A stretch of 64,000 nucleotides of DNA, taken from the NCBI RefSeq assembly GCF_963921235.1, contig NC_086109.1:23996001-24060000 (forward strand), written 5' to 3'. Under the pieces are notes generated by a model that worked only from the letters and a program-made list of their open reading frames with translations, was not told where the DNA came from and did not search any database. Within the stretch, counting starts at the first letter, position 1. Each line of letters begins with the position of its first letter. Below, in pieces: positions 13,172-26,635 of this stretch. The position numbers and the translations under genes were made by a program. The stretch is from Mobula hypostoma (Eukaryota).

Positions 13172-13342
13172 AGAGACTGCAGATGCTGCAATCTGGAGCA
13201 ATACACTAAATGCAGGAGGAGCTCAGAAGATCAGGCAGCCTCCAGTCCAGAGGAGTAGTCCCGATCCTGAAAACCAACGGTCCATTTCTCTCCATGTATG
13301 CTGCCTGACCTGCTGAGATCCTGCAGCATTTTTTGTGTTGTT
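13172..13342. mobile_element. Penelope-like palindromic end fragment
   Basis: ctgcagatgctgcaatc head; arms aatgcaggaggagctcagaagatcaggcagc and gctgcctgacctgctgagatcctgcagcatt. Confidence 0.55.
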
Positions 13343-13939
13343 CATTTTAAACCCCCTACATTTCAAATCTTCCCTCAGCTTACTTTTGTCAAGTGAATTT
13401 CAGCCTACCTAGCATTTTCTGAAGAGTTTAAGCCCCTAGTTCCCTGAGCATTGCACTTTGTTCCCTTCAGTCCATTTAACAGAAAGATGACAGAAAGCTA
13501 TTTGCTTTTATTACCATGTCCCTCACACTTCCCCACTAAACTTGCTTCACCTTTTCTGAGCAGGGAGTGGTCAATTGCAGGATTAAAAAATCTAAGGTCT
13601 AGGCAGAGGAAGATATATAAAAGAAATGATGTGGTTTGATGAACACAGAATATCAGAACGATAGGAAAGTTATCGTGATGATTCAATAAATTTGTACAAA
13701 CATTGTGATGGCAATTTCAAAGGCAGCTTTGTAACCCTGGGACTATTCGGCACTGGGAGGGTAAAGGCTAAAGGGTGGCCCATATGAGGTTCTTGAAACA
13801 TAAAAAGTATTTGAGAGGTTAAACATTTTTTCTACTGGCTGGGTCACAAAGTAAAACTGACATTTGGGAGGACTTAATGTTTTATGTTACAGGTAATTAA
13901 AAGCTTTGTTATATAGGGATCTATTGAGAGACCAATTTT

Positions 13940-14205
13940 TTTAAACTTCATCTTACCTGCTCCACCCACCTGCCTTCCCCCTCACCTGGTTTCACCTATC
14001 ACCTGCCAGTTTGTACTCCTTCCTCTCCCCCTACTTTCTTATTCTGGCTTCAACCTCCTTCCTGTCCAGTCGTAATGAAGGACCTCTGCCCAAAACATTG
14101 ACTACCTATTCCTCTCCAGAGATGCTAACTGACCTGCTGAGTTACTCCAGCATTCTGTGTGTTTTGCTCTGGATTTCCAACATCTGCAGAATCTCTTGTG
14201 TTTGT
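13940..14205. mobile_element. Penelope-like retroelement terminal fragment
   Basis: Same family as 48880-49490 in the opposite orientation (...ttccaacatctgcaga). Confidence 0.6.
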
Positions 14206-14608
14206 AGCATATCTTAGAAGGAATCTGAAGTAATATTTACAGGAGAAAACATAAAAGTACAGCACCGTCAGAATTTATAGAGCTCGATCTTGGCTCTTTG
14301 ATAGCTGCTGAGACTGATGCATGAATAACAAACTAGCCCACAGGAAGAAAACATCCAGGCACTCACTGTGCTGCAATGAATCTTTCTTCCTCTGACAAAA
14401 GTCACCACAAGTCCTTCCAGTTGGCCTGGTACTGGCCTTGGTTCACCTGTAGGCCAACCCCAACAATCAAGGCAGCATTCTGAACTCTTCTTCCAATCAG
14501 CCTCCAGATTCCAAAGGTCGACAGGTCACCCTGCAAACATCTTGACTCCTTCTGGTAGCCTGCCTCTCTCCTAACTTTATTGTGAACTTCTGAATCTAGG
14601 ATTGTGTT

Positions 14609-14908
14609 GGCGCGTGGCCAAGTGGTTAAGGCTTCGGTCTAGTGATCTGAAGGTTGCTAGTTCAAGCCTTGGCTGAGGCAGCATGTTGTGTCCTTGAGCA
14701 AGGCACTTAACCACACATTGCTCTGCAACGACACCGGTGCCAAGCTGTATGGGTCCTCATGCCCTTCCCTTGGACAACATCGGCGGTGTGGAGAGGGAGA
14801 CTTGCAGCATGGGCAACTGCTGGTCTTCCATACAACTTTGCCCAGGCCTGTGCCCTGGAAACTTTCCAAGGCATAAATCCATGGTCTCATGAGACTAACG
14901 GATGCCTT
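14609..14908 (+). mobile_element. tRNA-derived SINE
   Basis: Head ggcgcgtggccaagtggttaagg (A box) ...agttcaagcc (B-box-like), then gtgtccttgagcaaggcacttaacc. Confidence 0.75.
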
Positions 14909-15326
14909 TAAAATATTCAGGCATTGGCCATTTCTTTCTCTTATTATTCTACTGCAGCACAATTTAATAAGCCTGCATTTGACACTCTGCCTCATTTGAA
15001 GGATTTTACACCATCAACTGATCTGAAAACCTTACAGAGAAACAAAATTTAGCTGAAAAGTTGGCACTAATACAAGCATAATGTATCAAGTAGTCCTCTT
15101 TAGTTGTCTAATTTCCCACCTCCCACTCCCTATAGGCAGGTCATTCCAGTTTTAGTCTTTTTAGAGAAAAGGGTTGATGGTTGGACCAGGATGAAGTGGA
15201 GTAGCTGCAGTTTGTATTTTTATTCAGGGCAACGGCTATCTCATTTCATTTCCAAGTAGTCAAATACCAGCAGTGAGAGAAAACCTGGTCACTCACCCAC
15301 CCTGCAAGATAGGAAAGAAAGCTCTA

Positions 15327-15464
<138 letters not shown>

Positions 15465-15699
15465 TCACAGTTTGAGATAGCAAGTATTGAAGTATCACTC
15501 TGGTGGCACCAGCAGTTAACTCAAGAACTCAAGAACAAAGACAAAAATCATCCTGCACTAACTACCCCATCACCTGTTTAAGGTTTCATCCACCAACTTA
15601 CTGACCATGCTTTCTACATTCACACCCAAATCATTTATATAAACCTGTGTCCCAGCACTGATACCATGTGGTATGCATCTAATCCAAGAAATAACTCTT

Positions 15700-17490
15700 G
15701 ATATCACCCTCTGAGTCCTACCAGTGGCAAATTATGAATCCAATCTGTGATTTCCCCTTAAATCCCATGTGGTCTGAACTATCACATTAGCCTGCCATGA
15801 GGGACTTTCTCAATGGCCTTACTAAAATCCATCTTCTCAACATCTACTGCTGTACCCTTATCAACCCTCTTGGGTACTTCCTCAAAGAACTCCAGGAGAT
15901 TTGTCAGATATGACTTCCCACACACAAAGTCATGCTAACTGCTTTAATTTAGACTGTCTCTCCAAATTTTTGTGGAACCCGTCCCTCAGAATCCCCTCCA
16001 GCAACTTACCCACCGCTGATGTCAGACTCACTGGCCTGTAGTTTCTTGGCTTATTTTTGTTAACCTTTTAAAACAATTGTACAACACCAGTCACTCTCCA
16101 GTCCTCTAAAACCTCACCTGTGGCTAGAGATGAAGCAAATATCTCTGCAAGTGCCTCCACACTTCCTTCTCCAATTTCCCACAAAATCCAGCAATGCACT
16201 AAGTCAGGCCTTGGGAGTTTAGTTAGCTTAATGCACTTTAAGGCTACCAATACCTCATCCCAGCTAATTTACACATGTTCTAGGAGAACATCAGTCATTT
16301 CCTTAGTTTCCATCATTTTTTCTACAGTTAAAAACTGAAGGGAATAATCTCCATTAAAAATATCACCCGTTTACTTTGGTTCTACACATAGATGCCCATA
16401 CTGATCTTTAAGAGGATCTATTCCTTTACTCTTAATATATCAATGGAACCTATTGAGATTTTGCCACTCCTTGCCTGCCAGATCTTTCTCATATCTTCTC
16501 CTGCCTTTCTAATTTCTCTCTGACTGTCAGTGCACTCCTACATTTCTTACAGTCATCAAGAGATTCACTAGTTCCAAATTGCTTATGTCCAGCATCTGCT
16601 TTGTTCTTCTTCTTAACCAAAACCTCAATATCTCTTGTCAACCAGGGTTCCCAAAACCAACCAGCCTTCCCCTTCACGCTAACAGGAACATGCAGGCACT
16701 GAGTTCTTGACAGCCCACTTTTAAAGGCCCCCCCACTTGGCAGATGCTCCATTTCCTGGAACCTCGCCCAATCAACCACTGCAAACTCACACCTAATGGC
16801 TCCAAGATTTGCTGTGCCCCAGTTCAGGACCTTAGCCTGTGAACTAGTCATATCCTTCTCCATTACTATTTAAAAACCATCAGAATTATGATCACTGGAC
16901 CCAAAGTGCTCGCCAACAGATATTTCCTCCACTTGTCCCGTCTCATTTCCTTGAAGGAAGTCCAGTGTTTTGCCCTTTCTAGTAGTTCCCTCTATATATT
17001 GATAAAAGAAGCTTTCTTGGCACATTTCACAAATAATACTCTATCCAAGCCTTTTACACAATGGCTAGCCTACTCAATATTAGGGAAGTTAAATTCTCCC
17101 ACTAACGCTAACTTATTTATGTTTACCAAATAACTGTAGCCTCTCTACATTACCTGCTCCTCCAGCTGCAGCTGATTATTGGGATCCTATTATACAATCC
17201 CATCAGAGTGACCATGTCCAAGTTTTACCCAAATGGTTTCATTGGATGATTCCCCCAAGAATCTTCTCTCCAATGGCCATTGTTATGTCCTTTTTCATCA
17301 AGAAGGCAACTCCTCCTCATCTCTGACCGACACCTCTGTTGTGCCTGTAACATCTGCATTCTGGAACATTGAGCTCCCAGTCCTGCCCTTCCCTCACCCT
17401 TCCCTGTTATGACTATGTAATCACAGTTCCCAGTCAATCATGCCCTGAGTTCATCCACCTTACCTGTCAAGCCTCTTGCATTGAATTCAA
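15700..17490 (-). mobile_element. CR1 LINE ORF2 fragment (endonuclease tail, linker, RT N-terminus), decayed
   Basis: Minus-strand peptides EALAEIFASSLATGEVLEDWRVTGVVQLF and KVLNWGTANLGAIRCEFAVVDW...EPWLTRDIEVLVKKK. Confidence 0.85.
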
Positions 17491-17659
17491 TGTGATTTAA
17501 ACCAATGATCTTTTCTCTCCCTTCAATGTGCTCCTTTTTATTCTACTGACTACATTTTCTCTTACTGGCTATGGCATAATGCCCCAATTCCTTATCAGCT
17601 ACCAGGTTTTTTTAAAAATTTTCTACCTGACTCATACTGGTGTCAAAATGGTTGTGATG

Positions 17660-18245
17660 AATTTAGTATGGTAGTGAAGTGGGTAGTGCTTCTCGCTTCC
17701 ACTGCTGGTTAGCAGTCTTGCGAAAGGGAGAATTCGGTGTGTGAGTCTCTCCCTGCCGGTACATAGCTCCTCCAACAGCAAGCTTCATTCAGTGCCTCCT
17801 TGCCGGCAACACAAAGAAACCGAACTCCTTTTGGACTCAGGCTGAACTACAGAGGATGGGGAGGAGGTCTAGCCCCTGCACACAAACCCACCGGCATGTG
17901 GACACACCCTGGTACCCATTAACCAGACCCCTGGTTATGGGTAAGTAGCCCCACTGCCTTATGGGCAGCCTTGGGAGAGATGAAGACTGCGAGAGTAAAG
18001 CCAGACAGCAGATATGGGTTGGAGCCCCTAAGGTGGCTGAACGTCATTGAACATCCTTCTGGCAGCTCCTGCAGCCAAGCTGGTGCCAAACGTATTGCTT
18101 CAAAAGCTTTCCTTTGGACTACACTGGTGAGGCCGAGAGGGGCATCTTGATGACTGGGCATCTCAGGATCTCTATACCTTCCGCGCAGGCTTGTGATGGT
18201 GATGGTAATCACCCACTGTCTTTCGAGACAGATGGATGCCAACCA
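17660..18245 (+). mobile_element. Probable RTE-related non-autonomous retroelement
   Basis: GC-richer block resembling RTE 5' UTRs, ending in a stem-loop (ctgtctttcgagacag) and a short ccaa-repeat tail. The family is a tentative call. Confidence 0.4.
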
Positions 18246-20025
18246 ACTCATACCATAACAAAAATGAACAGTTTATCGCTGATCTTAAAGTATAACCAGT
18301 ATGCATATTAAAGCTCAAACATATTCTATTACAACTGAGAATTTCAGCACTAGTAATAAAGAATGCTTTGTTAAAGTCTTGGCTCCATTTTTTCTAATGA
18401 CTTAACAGACTAGGAATGAGCATGGAAATTATTTTATCATAAATGAATTTTCTGAATTTTTTGGCTCTGAGAAGTGTTTTCAAAGTAAATGTTTTCTACA
18501 AATGTGTGAGTTTGCAGGAAATGCATCTCCCACATATTGATGATCTTGGCTGATGCTGCCTTTGAGGTATGAATCAGGGGTAAGGTGGTGGGTCAGAGAA
18601 AGGACAAGGATTAATGAGGAGACCCTACCCACTCTACAATCTCATGCAATCCTGACTTGGAAAGGCCTAAATCATATTGCTGGAAGTCGAGATGGGTCAT
18701 CTAAATAAACCCAGTAAAATCACGCTTAGAATATACTATGGTAAAAATCTAAAGGGAATCATTAATACCTTCTGGGGGAAAGAAAATAACCCATGCTCTT
18801 TCAATCCTGCTTGGGTCTATGTGTCACTTTAATTCCACATGAATGTGACTGAGTTTTAACTGCCTGATTGCAGATATTGTGGGAATGAAGAAATATGGGT
18901 TAGTTCAGGACAGCAGCACTGAAGAAAAAATCAGCTGCAATCTTATTGAAGGGTGGAACAGGAGAAATGGGCCAAATGGCTTCTCCTGCTTATTTTTCTT
19001 ATGCTTAAGTTGCAGCAATTGGAACAAGCAATAAATGTCGGCTTTGTCAGTAAAACCTGTATCTTGAGAGAGAGCTTTTAAGAAAACGGCCTTCTTTGAG
19101 GATGAGGGAAGGTCCAATAGACTGCTAGAAGGGCCTGCTGAAGTTTCAGTGGGGTGAGCTCATGTTGAGATTGTTTTCACTTATTTTGCCTCAGTCGCTG
19201 CTATTTGACCAGCTCCCAAGGTGTGCTTCTTAACACAGATTAAGCTTGTAGCATTGTACTGATCAGGCTGCTAGGAAGAAGCCTCAGCCAGTCCATTGGC
19301 TTTAACTGGGGATCGCTGCTGGCACCAATAAGACAGGATAGGAGGAGACCATTCAGCCCAGGATGCTGTTCCACAATTAGACCATGGGAAATCGTGGACT
19401 TGGAGAAAGTGAAGGGAGAGGAAGCAAAGCCAGCCCTTCCTCCTTTCCCTCTCTGCACTCAAAGTAGATTATCTGGTTGCTATCTCATTGGTGTTTCTGG
19501 GAGCTTGCTACCTGCAAGTTAACTGCCATGATTCCCACATTAAAACAGAGAGTACTTAAAGAGAAGAGCTCAGTTGATTGCTAATTAACATCAAAATCCT
19601 GCAGATGCTGGAAATCTGAAAAATTGCAGCAGAAACTTTCTCTTCCGACAAACTCTGCTTGATCTTTCTGAGTGTTTCCTGTATTTTCTGTTCAGATTAT
19701 TTAGAAGTCTTAATCATAGAATCATAGAACTGCAGAGCACGGGAATGACTCCATTCAGCCCATCTTGTCCCTGCAGATCAAGATGTCTATCTACACTAAT
19801 TCCATGGCTACAATAGGCCTATGGCCTTTACCTATCTAAGTCTCTGTCCAACTGCCTTTTAAACACTATAATTGTGTCTTCCTCTGTCAGCTCATTATAT
19901 GAAAAATTTACCCATCAGATCTCTTTTAAATTTCTCCTCTCTTGCCTTAAACCTTGTCCTCTATTTCTGAATTACCCTGCCCTGGGAAGAAATTCTATCT
20001 ACCGTATGTCCCTCCATTCAGTCAC

Positions 20026-20398
20026 CCCTTATGTTATGTGCCGTGTCGTATGATATGGGTGATCATGGTCTCGTGACCATGATTGCTCTTGGCAAATTTT
20101 TCTACAGAAGTAGTTTGCCATTGCCCTCTTTGCGCTGTGTCTTTACAAGATGGGTGACCCCAACCATTATCAATGCCCTTCAGAGATTGTCTGCCTGGCG
20201 TCAGTGGTCGCACAACCAGGACTTGCGATATGCACCAGCTGTTCATGCGACCGTCCATCACCTGCTCTCATGGGCTCTCATGACCTTGATCGGGGGGGCT
20301 AGGCAGGTGCTACACCTTGCCCAAGGATGACCTGCAGGTTAGCAGAGGGAAGGAATGCCTTATACCTCCTTTGATCGAGACGTAACTCCATCCCACCA
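20026..20398 (-). mobile_element. SINE-like insertion within a CR1 fragment
   Basis: It interrupts a minus-strand CR1 remnant (~19712-20025 and 20400-20680) and carries an internal stem-loop catggtctcgtgaccatg near its 3' end. Confidence 0.5.
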
Positions 20399-20684
20399 CC
20401 CATTTAGCATCCTACTTTCCAGTGAAAATAACCTCAGCCTATACAGTCTCTCCTTATAAATACAAGCCTCCATTCCAGGCAAGGTATTCTGTACCTTCTC
20501 TACTGACATCACATTCTTCCTGCAGTGTGGTGACCAAAACTGTACACAATACTCCAAGTGTATTCTAACCAAGGTTTTATTATGTCTCAAACCTTATACT
20601 CATTACCTTGGCCTTTGAAGGTATTCTTCACCTAATCTATCCATTTGTGTTGCCATTTATTGATCTATGGAATTACGTTCCAAT

Positions 20685-21790
20685 GCTCTTCACAAGACTA
20701 GAGCCCATGGTATTACAGGAAAGGTGCTAGCATGGATAGAACATTGGTAGATCAACAGGAGGCGAAGAGGGACCTACTCTGGTTGGCAGCTGGTGACAAG
20801 TGGTGTTCTGTAGGGGTGGATATTGGGATTTCTTCTTTTCACATTCTATGTCAACGATTTGGATGGTGGAATTGATGGCTCTGTGGCCAAGTTTTCAGGC
20901 AACACAAAGGTAGGTGGTGGGATTGGTAGTGTTGAGGAAGCAGGGAGCCTGCAGGATTGGGAGGATGGGCAAAGTGGCAGATGGAATATAGTGTAGGGAA
21001 GTGTATGGTCATGCACTTTGGTAGAAGGAATAAAGGCGAACACTATTTTCTATGTGGGGAGAAAATTCAAAAATCAGAGGTATGAAAGGACTTGGGAGAC
21101 CTTGTGCAGGATTCCCCAAAGGTTAACTTACAGGTTGAATCTGTAATAAGGAAGGAAAATGCAATGTCAGCATTCAATTCAATAGGAATATAATACAAAA
21201 GCAAGAATGTGATGCTGATGCTTTATAAGGCATTGATCAGACCACACTTAGAGTATTGTGAGCTGTTTTGGGTCCCTTAAAAGATGTGCTGGCATTGGGG
21301 AGGGTCAATAGTAGAATCACAAGATTGATTCCAGAAATGAAAGGGTTAACACATGAGGAGCATTTGATGGCCCTGTGCCTGTACTGGCTGAAGTTTAGAG
21401 GAATGAGGGGGTGGGGATCTCATTGAAACTATTGAATATTAAAAGGCCTAGACAGGGTAGAAGTGGAAAGGATGTTTCCTGTAGTAGGTAAGTCTAGCAA
21501 TGGTGGACACAGGACTTCCATTTAGAACAGAGATGAGAAGGAATTTCTTTAGCCAGAGGGTGGTGAATCTGTGGAAGTTATTGCCATGGACAGCTATGTA
21601 GCCCAAGTCATTGAGGATATTTAACGCAGAGGTAGATAGGTTCTTGGTTAATCAGCTTGTCAAAGATTACCAGGAGAAGGCAGGAGAATGGGGTCGAGAG
21701 GGATAATAAATAAATCATGATAGAATGGCAGAACAGACTCAAGGGGCCGAGTGGCCTAATTCTGCTCCCCTGTCTTATGGTCTTATGGTT
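20685..21790 (+). mobile_element. CR1 LINE RT C-terminus and 3' UTR
   Basis: Remnants of SGVL.GWILG.LLFTFYVNDLD, KC.VMHFGRRN and ALIRPHLEYC; tail tcttatggtcttatgg. Confidence 0.85.
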
Positions 21791-22699
21791 CCACTGTACA
21801 TCAATGCTCCTAAGGTCCCTGCCATCTACTCCATATGTCCTACCAGAATTTGACTTCCAAAACTGCATCACCTCACATTTGTTGGGATTAAATTCCATCT
21901 GTTGACAACTGTTCAAAGGACAGTTAAGTTATGAGTTTCAAAAGCATAGGCACCTATGATCATCCAGTCGTTCCAGCGCATTGTCCATAGCTGTGACTAG
22001 ACCAACCCATTTAACATGAGAGCTAACGTGGGTCTTCAGGGTTGCAATGGGATACAAATTTCTGAGAATCTCTGTTTTGGATTTAATATATATATTCTGT
22101 CTCAATATAGATTTGTCAGTTCTCATCTTCAGAGCTAACATAAATTATTTCTTTGACTCCCTGCTGACAGCAATGTATTGTTCAACAAATAAAACTTTAA
22201 CTCCTCTCAAGTAGCTAACAGGCACAGAAGGTTTAGAAACTGAGTCTTCAAATGGCTGTTCAATTGCATGCACCTCAGACATAAACGACTTACAGCCAAC
22301 GCTGTCACAACTCACCTCCCATCACTCCCCCAATGTGCTCCACCACTACCATGCTTTCCCTACCCCCTACCCCACCCACAGTCAATTTTTATTTCACTGA
22401 AAACACTGGAAATGAATGCTGAGATGTAAAGATGGTGGCTGATTACTGTCTTCTCTTTAATACCATCATGCTCAATGTCAACCTCATGAACTTAACAGTA
22501 GTTATAGCTCGTAGGATCAGGAGTTGTTGCCTTGCAGTTGAGATGAGGAAATCAATGGGATTTGATCAGGGCCACGAATCAATGACCTAGCTTGGAGCTC
22601 TGAAACTCAAGTTCACACTGGAAATTTGCAGCACATCTCTCAACCAAAATTAAGAGATAACTCTATTTGAAGAACAGTCAAGATTAAATACAACCACAA

Positions 22700-22910
22700 G
22701 TAAGTCTGCAGATGCTGGAAATCTAAGCAATGCACACAAAATGCTGGAGCAACTCAGCAGGTCAGGCAGCACCTATGGAGAAGAGAAACCTGTCAACGTT
22801 TTAGTCCGAGACCCTTCATCAGGACTGGGTCTTGGCCCAAAACGTCAACTGTTTACTCTTTTCCATAGATGCTGCCTGGCCTGCTGAGTTCCTCCAGCAT
22901 TTTGTGTGTG
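22700..22910. mobile_element. Penelope-like palindromic element (~180 bp hairpin)
   Basis: Arms cacacaaaatgctggagcaactcagcaggtcaggcagc... and ...gctgcctggcctgctgagttcctccagcattttgtgtg. The centre carries the reverse complement of cctgatgaagggtctcgg. Confidence 0.7.
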
Positions 22911-23965
22911 AGTTAAGATTAAAGTGTGTTTAGGGATGGTAGTCATATATTGGCACGGCATGAGTAAGATCAGCAAGCTTCCTTCTTTGAAAGGCAGTTG
23001 TGAATCAGTTAGATTTTTATGACAATTTGATAAGCTCCTAACTACATTTACTGATAACGATTTATTTTAAAGTTCACTTCAAAGTTTCAGATTGCCCTTC
23101 TGGGGATTAAACTTCAAGAGACCAGTAAAATGATCACCACATCATTTCACTTCTTTTGTTCTTAAAACCTTTTCTCTATCTCAATTTCAAGCTACACTTT
23201 TCTGCTGTCAGTCTGAAATACCTTAATGCTTATTTGTGTATTTTCTTGAGTGGAGGGGTTTTATTAAAGTGACGAGTTTATGGGCAGTACTTGCTGCGTC
23301 AGCTGAGAAGGGAAACATGCAAACCAATTTCTCTGCTCGTTATGCAATGATTATCCAGCCATTATGGGATAGTGAAAACAAATCCCACAGAATGCTCAGA
23401 AACATCTGGTTTCAGTTTGGCTAATCGACTGATTGCCAGACTCCTACTCACAACCTGTCTGACCTCCACAGTGAAGTCTCTTGCAACCGCATTGAGATGG
23501 CCTGGTGTGTTAAGCCAGCACTAAGGGCTATTTGCTTGTGTTTTATTTCAGAATTCAGAATGAATGCTTGGGTGACAATCTGTGGTTTCTGGAGAATTTT
23601 TTTTGTCCTTTCTTTTCCCCCACCCTCACCATCTGCAAGGCCAGTGACTTCATAACAATGATCTCATCTGGGATTCACAGGGGAACAGATAGCTTCTCTT
23701 GGTTTCTGCTCGTCATTGGTGATTACAGAAAGGAGAATGACCTCACCCCTTCCTCTTAAGCAACATTGCACAGCTTGGTTCTGAAACACAGTACTGCTAC
23801 TCTGTTCCTTTACCTTGAACAAAGGGGCACTGTCTATCAACATCACCAAGAATTTACCATCGTTCAAACTCCAGAAGTTTGAACACACCGTGTAAACACA
23901 ATAAATATGAGCCCACTCTTTTAATATCGAGTGTGGGTGTTCATGAACAACAGAGAATGTATCTT

Positions 23966-23990
23966 TGTGTGTGTGTGTGTGTGTGTGTGT
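23966..23990. repeat. (TG)n microsatellite
   Basis: Seen directly. Confidence 0.95.
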
Positions 23991-24131
23991 TCACATGTGT
24001 GAACATGGAGCAAAGGCTGGTTTTATTAACCCTCCTCAATGAACAGCTTGTGATATTGTGTTGTGTTTCATTTCCTGCCTCCCTCTCATGCGGGTGAAGT
24101 ACTGGACTAACTTCCCCCAAGTGATAACCAA

Positions 24132-24132
<1 letters not shown>

Positions 24133-24166
<34 letters not shown>
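24133..24166. repeat. (CT)n(CA)n compound microsatellite
   Basis: Seen directly. Confidence 0.95.
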
Positions 24167-25623
24167 AGAAAACAATGGTCCTTATGGTCCAATGCACAGG
24201 AAGAAGAGCACTAATTGTCCATCCTCTATTGTACTTGAGCAGGGAGGAGCAAATTGATTTCTCAGTCTGGCAGATGGTGTTTGATGAAGATGCAACCAGG
24301 TGCCGAAGACTCTGGAATTTGACCAGAATGAATGGCTGACATGTTCTCGCTGGCACTGTCTGCATTCGGCACTGAGTTTGTAGTGACTGCAGACACAGAT
24401 ACACAAGTAACTGCAGAAGCTTGAAACTGAAGCACAAAGGAAACTGCTGGAAGAACTCAGTAGATCAGGCAGCTGTGGAGGGAAAGGGATAGTAACGATA
24501 GGGTATTTTAGGAGACTCCCGTATGGCCACATGGAGCTTAGAAAAATAGAGGGCTATGGGTAAAGCCTAGGTAGTTCTAAGGTAGGGACAAGGTCAGCAC
24601 AGCTTTGTGGGCTGAAGGGCCTGTATTGTGCTGTATGTTTCTACGTTATGTTTCAGGCTGAGATCCTACATCAGAAATGAGAGTGTAAATATAGTCAGTA
24701 TATAGAAGTGAAAGAGAGGGGTGCGACAGAGGGTGGTAGTGGTAAGTGGAACCAGATGAGAGTGTGTGGGTGGTGGTGGTGGTGGAAGGAGCAGAAGGCT
24801 CTCGCTGTGGGAAGGGAGCATTGAAACAGTTCATCATTCCTCCCTTATCTGTCTCCATCTATCACCTTCCAGCTTCTGTCTTTATGCTTCCCCCCCCGCT
24901 CCTCCACCTACCTCCGTCTGCGCGAATATGGAAGTAGATGGCAGAGGAAGTACAATTACAGTGTTTAAAACGCAGTTACACGGCTGCATGATTAGGAAGA
25001 GACATAGGCCAAGTGTTGACACCTTGTCCTACATGTATAAGATGGGTTGAAGTGCCCGTTTCTGTGCTGTATGACCCTATGACTCACCCATCACCTACCA
25101 GCCCTGCTCCATCACCGAGCTCCATCTGCTCATCCTACCCCATCCCACTCCCCTAATCTGGTTCCACCTATCACCTACCAGCCTCTCTGTCTCATTTCTA
25201 TATACTCTACACTCTCCGTCCTGATGCAGGCTCTTGACCCCATACATTGGCCTACCCTTTGTCTCCACAGTTGCTGCTGATGCACTGAGTAGTTCCAGCA
25301 GTTCAGTTTCTTGGTGGAGATAGTATCTCCATCTGGTCTTTTTAGTTGGTTGTGATGTAATCTTGAATTATTTCAGTCTTGGGCAGAGAGAAGCAATATT
25401 TAAGTGACTACAGATGCCTTGGTTATTGCTGTTTCAGTTTGGATAACCTTGCTCTGGCTGTGTTGTAAGGTGTTTGGACAAGATTGGTTTGAGGTGTAAT
25501 CTTCCACCATCATGAAGCTCACACTGACTCTCAAGAACTTACTATTCTTTGACTTGATTCTAAAGCAGCTAACTCTTTCTCTATTTTCTTAACGTTTTTT
25601 TTAAGCTTGCCCTTCCTGTCACT

Positions 25624-26271
25624 GGAGGGAGGAGAAGATGGCGGCGCGACGCAACGCGCGCGGCCGTTCCGAATGACTATCGTATTTGTGAAGTAGGATG
25701 CCGTGCACAATCCAGATTTGATGGAGACAGCCGTGAGAAGCGAGGAGGAACATCTGGAGTAACTTCTGAAATGCCTGCTTTGCTGCCGCTGCTACTGCGT
25801 GATTGAGAATCTCCAGAGACGAGGGCCCCAAATCATCGGCTTTGCCTATTGCCTGTTGCCGGGGTCGAAGCGCTCAGCAGAGATGGTGCTCAGTGCTCGG
25901 TGTCGAAGTGGTGGTCGGAGGCTCGGAGTTTTCGGACGGACTCGGAGTCGGACTGTGGTCTGATGCTTCCAGGATGCTGCATCGGCAAGTTGGCGGCGCT
26001 GGAGGTTCACCGTCTGTGTGAGATGATGGGACTTTCAAGAGACTTTGAGACTTTTACTGTCCCATGGTCTGTTCTTATCAAATTACGGTATTGTTTTGCA
26101 CTGTTTTAACTATATGTTATAATTATGTGGTTTTTGTTAGTTTTTAAGTCGGTTTGTCATGTGTTTTCGTGATATCGTTCTGGAAAAACATTTTATCATT
26201 TCTTAATGCATGCATGACTAAGTGACAATTAAAGAGGACTGCGTGTCCTTATAATCTAATCTAATCTAATC
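25624..26271 (+). mobile_element. GC-rich non-autonomous retroposon, copy 1 (GGAGGAGAAGATGGCGGC head, (TAATC)n tail)
   Basis: Homologous to 31958-32585 and 32679-33367. CpG-rich 5' half; tail tgacaattaaagaggactgcgtgtccttataatctaatctaatc. Confidence 0.8.
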
Positions 26272-26309
26272 CTTAGTACCAGTTATAACCTCTTGCTTAT
26301 TCTTCCCCT

Positions 26310-26635
26310 CAGCATGGTAGCATAGTGGTTCATGTAATGCTATTACATAGTCAGCAATCACCGATCCGAGTTCAATTCCCACTACTTCCCGTGAGGAGTT
26401 TGTAAATTCTTCCTGAGACCACATGGGTTTCCTCTGGGTGCTCTATCTTCCTCCCACATTCCAGTGAGGTACGGGTTAGGGTTAGTGAGTTGTGGGCATG
26501 CTATTTTGGCACCAGAAAACTGGCAATACTTGTAGGCTACCCAGCAACATTCTCACTGATTGATGCAAGTGACGCATCTCACTGTATGTTTTGATGTTAA
26601 CATGTACATGTGACAAATATGGCTAATCCTTATCT
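26310..26635 (+). mobile_element. tRNA-derived SINE (related copies at ~30850-31120 +, ~35270-35510 -, ~45510-46622 -)
   Basis: ggtagcatagtggtt (A box), gagttcaattccc (B box) and a tgggtttcctctgggtgctc core. Confidence 0.7.

Noticed and set aside
14609..14680. tRNA gene (also 39929-40000 and 61770-61840)
   Set aside because: The tRNA-like heads run into SINE bodies, and the acceptor stems do not pair cleanly.
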